Below are positions 25,083 to 37,330 of a stretch of DNA of 64,000 nucleotides, piece by piece (the stretch's first letter is position 1; the number at the start of each line of letters is the position of its first letter). A program made the translations under genes and the position numbers. Source of the stretch: Zootoca vivipara. Lineage: Eukaryota. Below the pieces are notes generated by a model. It was not told the DNA's origin and did no database searches. It saw only the letters and a list, made by a program, of their open reading frames with translations. Where the stretch lies: positions 81,220,001-81,284,000 of the forward strand of contig NC_083276.1 in assembly GCF_963506605.1 (NCBI RefSeq). Direction: 5' to 3'.

Positions 25083-25760
25083 TTGGATACTCCTGGTGCT
25101 GGACTGCCAAGGGAAATCTACAGGCATTTGCTGTTGCTCTTCAACCAGAAAGGGAAAAGCGAGTGGTGGTGATAGACCACAAATAGTGGCAAAGTTCACA
25201 ACTGCTCCTTTCACAATGAATAGTGGCAACGTTCACAACCAAGGAATGAAGGGCTAAGAGAGCATCCCTTTGGCACATCCATTTTGTTTCCTGGTTGTGA
25301 AGACCCTCCTTTAGAAAGCATGCAAAGACCCTTAAGGGAGCAAGAGTGAGGAGAGAAATTTTCTTTCCGTGGAGTGCAGGCATTAGGCTTTATATGAGAG
25401 TGTGAACTCTCTTGTGGATTCTCTTACACAGGAATGGAAGGAAGTGTGAAGTACTTGATGATTAAAAAAGTAAGACTCTAACCCTTGTTATACAGTACTC
25501 ACATAAGTTTCCTAAGTAGCAAGAAGTTCCAGGGAATACTGAGCTGACCTGGGTTTAGATTCCCTTGGGAAAGCCACAGGAGGCTCATAGCATTTCATAA
25601 TATTTACAAATATACAGGTTGAACATAGGTATCTATTAAATATTATAAGATTTGACTGCTCCCACATGAGATCACTATAGAGGCTCCAACCAGAGCTCCA
25701 ATAATCCTCTTAATTGGAGCCCTAATTGGAGCCCAATCCTCTTAATTGGAGCCCAAACTC
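25083..25760 (-). promoter_or_regulatory. Putative promoter and non-coding first exon of OR C, with O/E (EBF) and homeodomain sites
   Basis: Donor 25077-25082, TATAAA 25389-25394, ATTCCCTTGGGAAA 25559-25572, TAATTG at 25711, 25723 and 25743. Confidence 0.62.
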
Positions 25761-25964
25761 AGCTCCACCTGTCTCCTTGCCCATATTTGTCTCAATCCCA
25801 TTCGAAAACTATGGTCTCTATTTTTTTTTCATGAATACAGAACTTGATTCTGTCATCAGCTGTGAGTGTGAGAATAGTAAGGCATGTCCCACTTCAGATA
25901 TATCCTACCCACAGAGTCAGTAATCAAAGGGGTTTGGCAACTTTGCCACATACAAATACAAAAA

Positions 25965-26925
25965 AGAACTGGGTATGGAACAACTGATTGGTTCAAAATT
26001 GGGAAAGGAGTACGACAAGGTTGTATATTGTCTCCCTGCTTATTTAACTTATATGCAGAATTCATCATGTGAAAGGCTGGACTAGATGAATCCCAAGCCA
26101 GAATTAAGATTGCCGGAAGAAATATCAACAACCTCAGGTATGCAGATGACACAACCTTGATGGCAGAAAGTGAGGAGGAATTAAATAACCTTTTAATGAG
26201 GGTGAAAGAGGAGAGCGCAAAATATGGTCTGAAGCTCAACATCAAAAAAACCAAGATCATGGCCACTGGTCCCATCACCTCCTGGCAAATAGAAGGGGAA
26301 GAAATGGAGGCAGTGAGAGATTTTACTTTCTTGGGCTCCTTGATCACTGCAGATGGTGACAGCAGTCACGAAATTAAAAGACGCCTGCTTCTTGGGAGAA
26401 AAGCAATGACAAACCTAGACAGCATCTTAAAAAGCAGAGACATCACCTTGCCGACAAAGGTCCGTATAGTTAAAGCTATGGTTTTCCCAGTAGTGATGTA
26501 TGGAAGTGAGAGCTGGACCATAAAGAAGGCTGATCGCCGAAGAATTGATGCTTTTGAATTATGGTGCTGGAGGAGACTCTTGAGAGTCCCATGGACTGCA
26601 AGAAGATCAAACCTATCCATTCTGAAGGAAATCAGCCCTGAGCGCTCACTGGAAGGACAGATCGTGAAGCTGAGGCTCCAATACTTTGGCCAACTCATGA
26701 GATGAGAAGACTCCCTGGAAAAGACCCTGATGTTGGGAAAGATTGAGGGCGCTAGGAGAAGGGGACGACAGAGGACGAGATGGTTGGACAGTGTTCTCGA
26801 AGCTACCAACATGAGTCTGACCAAACTGCGGGAGGCAGTGGAAGACAGGAGTGCCTGGCGTGCTCTGGTCCATGGGGTCACGAAGAGTCAGACACAACTA
26901 AACGACTAAACAACAACAACAACAA
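25965..26925 (+). mobile_element. BovB fragment including RT core
   Basis: GVRQGCILSPCLFN and YADD (26139-26150); two premature TGA stops; AAC tail. Confidence 0.95.
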
Positions 26926-27149
26926 TACAACAAAACAAAACAAAACATTTTTGTTATTCTCACCCTATTTATCTCTTTGTGCCCAAATTTCCACTCTTTT
27001 ACAACAGTATCGACAAACATATGCGACATTTCCTGGGCTAAAGAACAGCATACAGCATAGTTTACAATCAACATGGAAAGAATCAGGATTTATTCTAGGC
27101 TTCACAAGAAAGGAAGTTCTGACTAAAGATTAGGAGTTGCTTTCTGACA

Positions 27150-27259
27150 ATCTCTCCTTCACTGGAGGTTTAAAGCAGAGGTTGGACAGCTGTTTGTCAG
27201 GGACATTTGAGTTGTGATTCCTGCATCACTGGGGGTTGGGCTAGATGGCCCTTGGGATC
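27150..27259 (+). mobile_element. CR1 LINE 3' end, cut by the gap
   Basis: GGAGGTTTAAAGCAGAGGTTGGA...CTAGATGGCCCTT; same family as 50970-51135. Confidence 0.75.
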
Positions 27260-27409
27260 NNNNNNNNNNNNNNNNNNNNNNNNNNNNNNNNNNNNNNNNN
27301 NNNNNNNNNNNNNNNNNNNNNNNNNNNNNNNNNNNNNNNNNNNNNNNNNNNNNNNNNNNNNNNNNNNNNNNNNNNNNNNNNNNNNNNNNNNNNNNNNNNN
27401 NNNNNNNNN
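27260..27409. other. Assembly gap (150 N)
   Basis: Run of N. Confidence 1.
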
Positions 27410-27787
27410 AGCACACCCCTGAACCTAAAAGGAAGAAGATGAAGGAAAAGACCGGAAGAAAAAATAACAAAGAAATACGGAAACACAGGAAATGAAAAAG
27501 ACAGTGAGGGAGAAGGATGTGCCTTGGAAACAATGGGAGAGTAAGGGGAAGAAATCCTTTCCTTTCCTTAACCAACATTTGGGTGCTGAGATTCCCCCAC
27601 AAAGCATTAACTATGAAGCTGAGTCCATATTCCAAATTATTTTTGTGATTAGGAAAACATATTGTGACCCTGTAAAATATATTGAATATTTTATTTATTG
27701 TTATAGTCTACTCATGGTTACTGGAGATTTTCACAAAATTGCTACTCAAAAATTGTGTATTGGTTGCCTCTAACTCATGTGTTTATA

Positions 27788-28145
27788 GGGACGCGGGTGG
27801 TGCTGTGGGTTAAACCACAGAGCCTAGGGCTTGCCGATCAGAAAGTTGACGGCTCGAATCCCCACGACAGGGTGAGCTCCTGTTGCTCGGTCCCAGCTCC
27901 TGCCAACCTAGCAGTTCGAAAGCATGTCAAAGTGTAAGTAGATAAATAGATACTGCTGCAGCGGGAAGGTAAACGGCGTTTCCGTGTGCTGCTCTGGTTC
28001 ACCAGAAGTAGCTTTGTCATGCTGGCCACATGACCCGGAAGCTGTACACTGGCTCCCTCAGCCAATAGAGCGAGATGAGCGCTGCAACCCCAGAGTGGGT
28101 CACGACTGGACCTAATGGTCAGGGGTTCCTTTACCCTTACCCTTT
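27788..28145 (+). mobile_element. Full-length Sauria SINE
   Basis: tRNA-like head GGGACGCGGGTGG, BovB-like 3' end, (ACCTTT)n-like tail; flanking repeat taactcatgt. Confidence 0.92.
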
Positions 28146-28347
28146 TAACTCATGTATTACAACACTGTCTAGAATAAGGCCCAGGAGTGGACACAGTTAT
28201 TAATACATAATATATTGATTAATATAAATACATCTGCCTGTCCCTCCATTTGTCTGGGGACCTTGTGCATCAGAGCCTAGCTAGGTCAGTCTGTTGGACA
28301 TAGCAGAAGGAATCGTTGTCTCAGCCTAGGATTCTCCATGAGATGCT

Positions 28348-29129
28348 TGTTGGTAAATTCAGTTCCACCTTAAGCATTATACCTTAAGAGTTAGACATGT
28401 TGCTGAGATAGTGTGTCACATGTCTATGCTTTTCTGTTTTATGCGCTGTATTGCTATTGGAGTTGAGGAGGAGTATAGGAGGAGAAGCACTGCTCTCTCT
28501 CTCTTCCAAGTGTTGTTGTTGTTGCTGTTTAGTCGTTTAGTCGTGTCCGACTCTTCGTGACCCCATGGACCATAGCACGCCAGGCACTCCTGTCTTCCAC
28601 TGTCTCCCGCAGTTTGGTCAAACTCATGTTTGTGGCTTCGAGAACACTGTCCAACCATCTCGTCCTCTGTCGTCCCCTTCTCCTAGTGCCCTCAATCTTT
28701 CCCAACATCAGGGTCTTTTCCAGGGAGTCTTCTCTTCTCATGAGGTGGCCAAAGTATTGAAGCCTCAGCTTCACGATCTGTCCTTCCAGTGAGCACTCAG
28801 GGCTGATTTCCTTAAGAATGGATAGGTTTGATCTTCTTGCAGTCCATGGGACTCTCAAGGGTCTCCTCCAGCACCATAATTCAAAAGCATCAATTCTTCG
28901 GCGCCAAGTGTTCTAAGATGCTGTAAATAAAACTGCTTATGGAAATACAAGATGCCTCTCATCTGCTTCGTCTTCTCGCTAACACTGCTAACCCTGTGTG
29001 CATAAGCTCTGCTAATTGCGTGCCCAGGCTACTGCGGTCCCTGGGTCGTGTTCCGTTCGAGACACCGGCTCCAGGAGGGAGAGAAGAAGGGGGGCTGTTG
29101 GCTTCCCAGTTCCGGTGATTGTCTCAACA
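28348..29129 (+). mobile_element. Solo LTR (~385 bp net) interrupted by BovB
   Basis: TGTTG...CAACA termini, 5-bp TSD ATGCT, AATAAA at 28926. Confidence 0.75.
28515..28903 (-). mobile_element. BovB nested in solo LTR
   Basis: TSD ccaagtgtt at 28506 and 28904. Confidence 0.93.
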
Positions 29130-29874
29130 ATGCTGCCTTCTCTTGAACTGAACTTCCCAGAAGCCTAGTCGTGTAACTTGAGTCTTCTTCAAGGCGGAGA
29201 AAGTGAAGGACAAAACTAATACCAGAAAACAGGAATGAATCTCCAGGAATCCTGGGAATTGTAGTATGACACAGCGAAGGCCTGCCCTATGCTGTAGCTG
29301 TTGTTATAACTGAGAAAACGAGAAAGAACTAAGGCCTAAGTTTCTACTAAAGGGCTAAGCAGGAAATTGTCATTTGAGAACTGTAGCTGCTGGAGACCAT
29401 TTTTAGACCATAGGCTGCTGGTCACTGACTCACACCACTTTGTCCTTTTTTCCTGGGAATTGAAAGGGCGTTCAAGGAAGAGCTTTTGTTTGATGCTCAT
29501 ATCCTCACACATCCTTGCTTCAGGCATTTTGCAAACTTGGGCCATTTAACCAAGCCACACCCTCCGACATCAGAGGTGAGGCAGGTGAAGATACAGCTGA
29601 ACCGAAGGGGTTTCCAAGCTCCACCTATCAGCTGATTGGCAGCTCCTGAAAAGACCCAACTATAATCTGGTTATCAGGATTTGCAAAGTGCCACATCCAG
29701 TGCTGTGCAAGCATCAATGATCGTTAGGGCTTGCAGAGTATGCAAATCCTGGGGATCAGATGATTGCTGGGACTTGCAGAGTATCAGCTGATCTGATCTG
29801 CCTGCAAACTCCCTTTGGCTCAGCTGTCTCTTTACCTGCTCTGCACCTATGGTAGGGACTGTGGTGATATAATC

Positions 29875-29998
29875 CAAGCATCCCCAAACTGCAGCCCTCC
29901 AGATGTTTTGGCCTACAACTCCCATGACCCCTAGCTGACAGGACTGGTGGTTGGGGAAGATGGGAATTGTAGTCCACAACATCTGGAGGGCCGAAGTT
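29875..29998. mobile_element. hAT MITE (family of 1146), one end truncated
   Basis: Near-identical to 1146-1282. Confidence 0.85.
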
Positions 29999-31935
29999 AA
30001 TCCATCAACTTTCTTCTTTATCCTTCACTGCCCTCTAGTGCTGCGTTTATTTTATTTTTATCCCGCTACCATGTCAATATTGAACTGTTGGGAGAAGAAA
30101 ACACCTACGAATTAGAGAGAGAGTGTGTGTGTGTGAACATAGATCATCTAGCCACATCCTATGCTTGTGGAGACTTATAGCCATATTAAAAACTGTTACA
30201 TTCCATAATAAAAATATCAAGAAAATAAAAACTAAAATGTTTGATGGGTCCTGGTGCTCAAGGTGACTTACATTATATTTAAAATAGCAACATCCCATAC
30301 TGAACACACACACACACACACACAAAATAAAACTTAAAATGTTTGTGGCATTTTGGTGTGTGAGAGAGAAAGAGAGAGAAATTCCAGAGGGGCCATCTGG
30401 TTGGGCTGCAATAAATTATAATGGATTGCTCTGAAGTCATTTCAGCACCAGGTGGGGGCAGAGATCACCCCAACACCTCCTGCCCACCACTGTGATCTGT
30501 CCTGTATTTTGCTTTTAATCTTCCACCCTCCTGCAGCTCCAATCTGCATCTATGTGCAGCAGGGTCATATACCTGCAACTTGCATTGCAGAAAAAGTTCC
30601 CATTCATTTCAGAGGCAATGAATTAGCCTTGTCTAGGATGCTGACATGGGGGTAGTGTGCTTTGTGCTCTCAAATCATATGAGTCTGGATTTTGCCACTT
30701 GTGCTCTCTGAACAAGATAGATCACACACATCTCTTACAGACTGTGCTAAATAGCTGTACAGCGCAGAGATTCGTTTTTAAAAAGGTCTTCATTAGCGTT
30801 GCAGATTTCTCTGAAGGGTATTTCTTGTCCAGCAGATGGCAGTCATAGCGCTTAGTATTTTGGCTCTGCTGTACTACATCATTAAATAAAAAGCCAGCAT
30901 TATTTTTTACACAAGGGAAGCTTCAAGCTGCTCTTGTTCCAGACACATTTGTAATTTGAATGTGAAACGTATTGGTCAGAAAGAATGCTTGGCTGTATTA
31001 CAAATAACAAATAACAACCCTCTGATTTCTCTTCCACATGGACGGTGAATGTATTTTTAAAAAGAAAATAATAATAGCTGGGTGGAGGGTCAAAAGTGAG
31101 GAAACCCTCAGGTCTGGAAATGCTTAAAAAACAATACTCCTACATTGCAATCACTTAGCTTGTTCTGCATGCAGCAACACATTTTTGCTGCCAGATGACC
31201 GTTTCTAGCACTTGCAATTTGGATGCCAAGTATACAATAAATGGCAGGGAGATTTTCTTTCCTGCAAGCCAGCCCATTTATGGTGATGAAAGTCTGCCCA
31301 CCTCTTGCTCTAAGTATAAAGTAAGGACATATTCATCCCTAAGGCAAACTGTATTTTCAATGTAGTGGGAATAAATGTGACCTCTTCAGGATTACCCAAA
31401 CATCACACTTTGCCACCAAGGCTTATTTCAAATATCCTTGTTTTGTTTACAAACTGATCTCCTTCTCCCTCTCAGCCCCAAACCATACATGATGCATGCA
31501 ACTCATGATCAGGATTCCTGACTTTTTGAAACAACTTTTAAAATAAGTGAAATAATCTTCAAATTTGATTTGTGCAGTGGTGCTGAAGAAGGAATTGCTT
31601 AATCCTTTCCCTCAAGCTGTTTCCTGGTCTAATTTACCCCTCACGTGATGCTACAGTTAGGTCTATGGAGAAAATATAGTTACCCCCGCTTCTCCCAGAG
31701 TTACAATTAACTCTTGACATCTCTTGACAAACTGCCCAGAGTTTTTTGAGGGGTAATGTGTGTTTCAGTGTGCTTTAAAGGCACAGGGTGCATTCAGCAC
31801 AAATTTCACAGTACTTTCTTACAATGTAATCCTAAGCATCTTTGCTTACTCCCTAGTAAATATGTTTTGGATAATAGCCCAACTCTGCAATCCGAACCCC
31901 CTTTGTCCTGGGCATGCAGGTGTGTGTGTGTACTG

Positions 31936-32473
31936 CATGGGTAGGCACACTAAGGCCTGGGGGCCGGATCCGGCCCAATTGCCTTCTAAATCCAGCCTGT
32001 GGACGGTCCGGGAATCAGCGTGTTTTTACATGAGTAGAATGTGTGCTTTTATTTAAAATACATCTCTGGGTTCTTTGTGGGGCCTGCCTGGTGTTTTTAC
32101 ATGAGTAGAATGCGTGCTTTTCTTTAAAATGCATCTCTGGGTTATTTGTGGGGCCTGCCTGGTGTTTTTACATGAGTAGAATGCGTGCTTTTCTTTAAAA
32201 TGCATCTCTGGGTTATTTGTGGGGCCTGCCTGGTGTTTTTACATGAGTAGAATGTGTGCTTTTCTTTAAAATACATCTCTGGGTTATTTGTGGGGGCTGC
32301 CTGGTGTTTTTACATGAGTAGAATGTGTGCTTTTCTTTAAAAATGCATCTCTGGGTTCTTTGTGGGGCATAGGAATTCGTTCATTTCCCCCCCAAAAAAT
32401 ATAGTCAGGCCCCCCCACAAGGTCTGAGGGAACGGTGGACCCGCCCCCTGCTGAAAAAGTTTGCTGACCCCTG
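31936..32473. mobile_element. hAT MITE with internal 71-bp x5 minisatellite (32021-32368)
   Basis: 8-bp TSD gtgtactg; repeat starts at 32021, 32092, 32163, 32234, 32305. Confidence 0.9.
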
Positions 32474-34367
32474 GTGTACTGGGTAAAAGGGTCCCTCTTC
32501 CCAGTCCTGCTGGCTTCTACCTGCAATGTGACACCACTGCCATTCTGCCAACACAGAATTCAAGGATATGCCTACTGAATTTGCAATGACAGTCCACAGA
32601 AAGCCCCAAAGGAGTGTTCTAGAAGAGCGGTGGGAAGGGGCTGAGCCAGACCAAAATCTGATGGATCCCAAGGTGGCCCCACCACTGTTACATGGCAGCT
32701 TCAGGCTAGCAGCAGCCAATAGGCTGCACACTTTCCAGCTCAGAACTCAGATCAGGTGCAGAGCTCTGATGCAGCTGCTGGAGACTGAGGAACAACTGAG
32801 ACTGAGGAACAGGAGCCCCCAGAAGAATCTCCTGGATCTGCAGGGTACCTTCATGGGCACCTTCCCCTGAGGAACCAAATACCTCCCCCAGAACCTCTTC
32901 ACCAGTCCAGCAATACAGGGAACACAAGACAAGTTGGAGGCGAGAGAGCAATGGAGGAGTGCTCATCAGGCCATTGGCATGGCCCCTTTAAGAATCTAGA
33001 GTTATTCACAAGTGGGTGGAGTCTGAGAGAAGTTGCACTGAGTGCAGAGCTTAAATAGGCTCAGTCTGCTCCTAACCTTTACTGGAACAAGTTGTTCACC
33101 TAGAGCTGTCTGTGGTCCTGTAAGCCTGGCCAGCTTTCTCTATGGGGTCTGGCATTAGCTTGCTTTTTGCCCTGGGTGGGGTGTGTTTCAGGGCTGCAGA
33201 TGCATCAGTGATGGGGATTTGGGTTGATGCCCAATGGCATACTCCTCTCTGTGTCTGTTTAGAGGTAAGTACTGCTGAGTTCAGTGGAGCGGACTTCCAT
33301 GTAGAGCTGTAATTTGGGTTTCTTCTAAAATTATTTATGAAATGCTGTGTATTTTGCTACTTTAAACCCTCCCCTTGATAGCACAGCTTATTGCCCTTGT
33401 CTACTGCCTACCCAAATTTGTGGCTGTGCAGTGGGAAAGGGCAGGCAGCAGTGGTGAGCTGGCTTGGGGAATGGGAGTGTGATTGGGGAAACCCCAGCTG
33501 TGCTGTTGCCATGCTGCTGCCCCACCCCAGTTAACTGCCATCGCCCGGTAAAGGGAAGAAAGAAGGCTGTCGTCCACTTCTCAGTATACTGGACAAATAG
33601 CAGAAGAAGAGAACACTGGACTGAGCTGGAAATACTGGGCCACCCTATTTCTATATTTGCTTCTGAATAGCAGCTGCTGGGGGACAATAGTAGTAGAGGT
33701 TATTCTTCCTGGGGCTTCCTAGAGGCATGTCCAGTTGGCCATTGTGGGAAAATGGGGTGCTGGACTAGATGGGCCTCTGGTATCATCCAGCAGCGCTCTT
33801 GGTAAAGTTGATGGAAGAAAGGATAGCAAGCTCAAGCCCTTACTCACCACTGTCCTATTTCAGCCCCTTGCCCCACCTCCTCCATCTTGCTACCATGGCA
33901 ATGGCTGCTGAAGGAGGGCAAGGAGCTAAGAGTGGAGGGTTCTTCTGTTTCTTCCACACACATCCTGTCTCATCAGAAGCCATCATGGCCAGAGCAACAG
34001 TCAGAGCCTATCCTGTTTCTTCAAGCCTGTCTATGTTCCCATATCACCCTGGATTCTCCTTGGCCTTGATAAGGAATTATTCTATCTCCATGCCCCAACC
34101 AGGAGCTGCATTTGTGTTTCTGCTTAAGTCATAATAATTATTACTCTGTGTGTGTATGTGTATTATTTATCATATGCAACTCCACATCCTTTTTTCACTG
34201 ATGCATTACCTCTTTTTTGGCAACATGTAACTGGCAGCCCTATAATGCTCTGTGCTGCCTCTGCCCTTCTTCTCACTCCTGAATATGGCCCTTGGCGATG
34301 CTTCCAACATATACTGCCCCCATCCCTGCCATTCTGGAACTGTCTTCAGTAGATTAGTATGTAGGTA

Positions 34368-34613
34368 AAGGTAAAGGTAAAGGGACCCCTGACCATGCGG
34401 TCCAGTCGTGACCGACTCTGGGGTTGCACGCTCATCTCGCATTATTGGCCGAGGGAGCCGGCGTACAGCTTCCAGGTCATGTGGCCAGCATGACAAAGCC
34501 ACTTCTGGCAAACCAGAGCAGCACATGGAAACGCCGTTTACCTTCCCGCTGAAGAGGTTCCTATTTATCTGTTTGCATTTTGACGTGCTTTCGAACTGCT
34601 AGGTTGGCAGGAG
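34368..34613 (-). mobile_element. 5'-truncated Sauria SINE
   Basis: (ACCTTT)n tail; 12-bp TSD agtatgtaggta. Confidence 0.92.
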
Positions 34614-34811
34614 AGTATGTAGGTAGAAAGTAGTAAAAAGTGCATAATTATTGTATGGATGAAGAAATTTATTTGTATAGTGCAAGGATTCTTGGGGTGG
34701 TGGTGCAATGATCCATTATGGGTTCCTCTGGATTGCCTATTTATTCTGAATGATGCTGTTCAATTTTGTTTGTTGACTTTAAGAATTATTATGAATGTGT
34801 TTTTTATCATT

Positions 34812-35000
34812 AGAAATATAGGAAGTTGCCTTACTGAGCCAGACCGTTGGTTCATCTAGCTCAGCATTGTCTGCACTGACCGGCAGTAGCTCTCCAGAGT
34901 TTCCAGCCAAGGGCCATTCCTAGCGCTGCCTGGTGATGCTGAGGATTGAACCTGTGACCTCGTGCATGCAAAGCAGATGTCCTACCAATGAGCCACAGCC
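34812..35000 (-). mobile_element. tRNA-derived SINE with CR1-like tail (Squam3-like)
   Basis: A box TGGCTCATTGG and B box GGTTCAATCC on the minus strand. Confidence 0.75.
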
Positions 35001-35044
35001 ATTGCTGTAAGTTGTCATGTGCTCCATTTTTGAAGGAGGGGACC

Positions 35045-35434
35045 TACCGTATTTTTTCGTGTATAACACGCCCAACACGCTCCCATGTATAAGATGCCCC
35101 CAATTTTGGGGGGATTCCTAATTAAGAAAATGGGAGGCAATTGCCCAGAGTTGTTGAGCTTTTAGGGGGGGCTTGCCCAGGGTTGTTGAGCATTTTGGAG
35201 GTGGGGATTGCTGAAAATTGCTCACCCGCCCAATTGCCACAGCAACAGCAAAACGACAAAAGTCCTTGCCGCAGCCACCAATAAACTGCCCAATTGCCAC
35301 TGACAATCTCCTGCTCTCGGCAGCAACCAATCCCACATCCCCACTATGCACTACCCGTGTATAAGAGGACCCCCAATTTTTAACATTATTTTAGAATAAA
35401 AAAAACCTCATCTTATACACAGAAAAGTATGGTA
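35045..35434. mobile_element. Tc1/mariner (pogo-like) MITE
   Basis: TA-CCGTATTTTTTCGTGTATAA ... TTATACACAGAAAAGTATGG-TA. Confidence 0.8.
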
Positions 35435-36759
35435 GGTTTACCATCAAACAAATATTGTAGCACAAAAATAGCAGTTTTATTCTCGTCATATGCTCACGAG
35501 AATAAAGCTTATTGCTTTATTCTCATCAGCATTCCAGTTAATGAAGCAGATGTAAACTCTATCCATTTTTAATGTGTACATGAGATAATTGAGTCAGATT
35601 GTCCATCCAAATTCAGGTAAGGGCTTTATGTTAATACGCCAAGAGCTACACAAATCAAAATTTGGGAAGTCAAAGGGTGTGTCTGGGGTGGGGGTTCTTT
35701 GTGAACAGATGTTTCCACCTCTCCTTCTGAGGCCAGACTTTGCATAAACAGGCTCCTTTATTAGTTATTGGCTATATACTTATGATGGACTTCACAAGGC
35801 TGAAGTCAAGTAAAATAGATATGGTTGACCTGTGGGTAATGTAGGGGGCAGTGAGAACTCCATGAGATATTCGGCACTGAGAAACAAAATTCTGCAGCCT
35901 ATAGAGATAATACACATAAATCATATTATAATCTTATTTATATACGGTACATGATCTGTAGTTTGTATGATTTGCTGCCTGATTTGACTTGTGAAAGGAG
36001 CGTGGATGGAATGTTTGTGGAATGGTCTTCCTCTAGGGGTGTATCAGTCTCTCTCATTGACTGTAGTTGAAATTTAAAAACATTCCTGTTTATCCAGGCA
36101 TTTGATGGCTGAAAGACACTGGCCAAGGCAGCTTTGAGATTAGTGACTGTAATGGGTATATGTTGTTGCTTATAGATGTTCTAAATGGTTCTAGCTGTTT
36201 TTAGCTTGCTTTTAAATGTTTTGATTTTGAATTGTCTTGCCTTAACTTTTTTATTTTTGCTCCTATGGATTTCTTTGAGAGAAAAGACAGGATAGAAATG
36301 TAAGAAATGAGTAAATGCACGTTGCAGAGCAAGAGAAACTGAACTTCCAGTATTTTGACTTTTTTTTAAAAAAAATTGTGCTCTTTCCTTGGAGAGCTTG
36401 TGTAATGCTGTTTCTGTGTTTTATGGTGTTAACTTCCTGATTTGTGTATTTTAATCTGTAAGCTACTTTAAATGCTGTGCACATCATGGAGGAGTGAACT
36501 TTAAAAACACCAGCTTTCTCTGCTCTTGTGGCAGCTTACTGAATAAAGAATATATAGTTAGCAGTTAAAATAAGCAAACAAATGGCTATATAGTTAAACT
36601 TGATAAATAACTGCAAAGTGTTATTTATCTTGTGCTCATAGCATCTCAAAGAGGTTCTATTTGTTTATTTTGCGAAGTCTCAAATGTGCACAAGGTAAGC
36701 ACAGGAATGATTCGCAACATTACCAATTGCTTACATAAAAAACAACATGAAATAAAACT

Positions 36760-37330
36760 CAGTTCCCGCTTCCTCCGCAAGAATAACTGCGTTTTGGCCC
36801 TTTAAGAGGGCAACGCCTCCTTACGTAGGGGAGAAAAAAAAGCAGCGTCCTCCTCTTCATAGCGGGACCGGGAATAGAACGGGACTCCCTGCACGCATGC
36901 GCGCCCCAGTGATCTACGCAAGAGGAAACCTGTGTGGTGGACTTCATGGGACTACGTCAAGACGCAAGGCACGCATCAGGGGGCGGGGTTCCGGAGCTGG
37001 AGAAGTATCCGCGCGGAGCCTCCCGGGCGCTGCGTGGGGCGGGGGGGGCAGGGAGCCTCCGCGCCCCGCGAACCATGTTCCGCTACCAGGTGAGGAAACG
37101 CTTTGTTGGTGTGTGGTTGCTGCCAGGCCTCTTACTTGCGGGGCCTCCCTCCCTTGCTCGGGCGGAAGCGCCCAGGGCCACCCTTGCCGTGACCTTTGAC
37201 CCGTATTTGGAACTCTGCTCTCTCTTCTCTCCCCCCTCCCCCAAGCTGTCCGGCGCCGCGTGCTGGAGGAGAGGGGCCGCTCTAGGAGTCTGTGGACAAT
37301 GACCCAGGAGGACCCCTGTCCGTGAACCCG
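36760..37330 (+). promoter_or_regulatory. PATL1 CpG-island promoter
   Basis: Abrupt CpG/GC enrichment around exon 1; NRF1-like GCACGCATGCGC 36891-36902, CRE-like TACGTCA ~36953, GC box GGGGCGGGG ~36980. Confidence 0.85.
37075..37089 (+). CDS. PATL1: PATL1 exon 1 (MFRYQ)
   Basis: accATG start; donor CAG/GTGAGG. Confidence 0.9.

Larger units (their letters stand above)
11240..25482. repeat. Tandem segmental duplication: unit 1 ~11240-16961 (OR B), unit 2 ~16962-25482 (OR C)
   Basis: Colinear high-identity flanks, CDS, intron and upstream exon. The length difference is explained by copy-specific LINE insertions with empty sites in the other copy. Confidence 0.93.

Noticed and set aside
11240-25482. 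Duplication as a haplotype assembly artefact
   Set aside because: Copies differ by many substitutions and several independent TE insertions, and have a clean chimeric junction.
27159-27635. ORFs containing X runs
   Set aside because: Artefacts of the N gap.
32021-32368. CRISPR-like array
   Set aside because: No unique spacers, no cas genes, eukaryotic context; it is a minisatellite.
32560-33070. 100-aa ORF and possible LTR/DIRS-like relic
   Set aside because: No termini, TSD or domain that I can support.
34935-35000. tRNA gene
   Set aside because: Degenerate SINE head fused to a LINE-like tail; the same applies to 27788.
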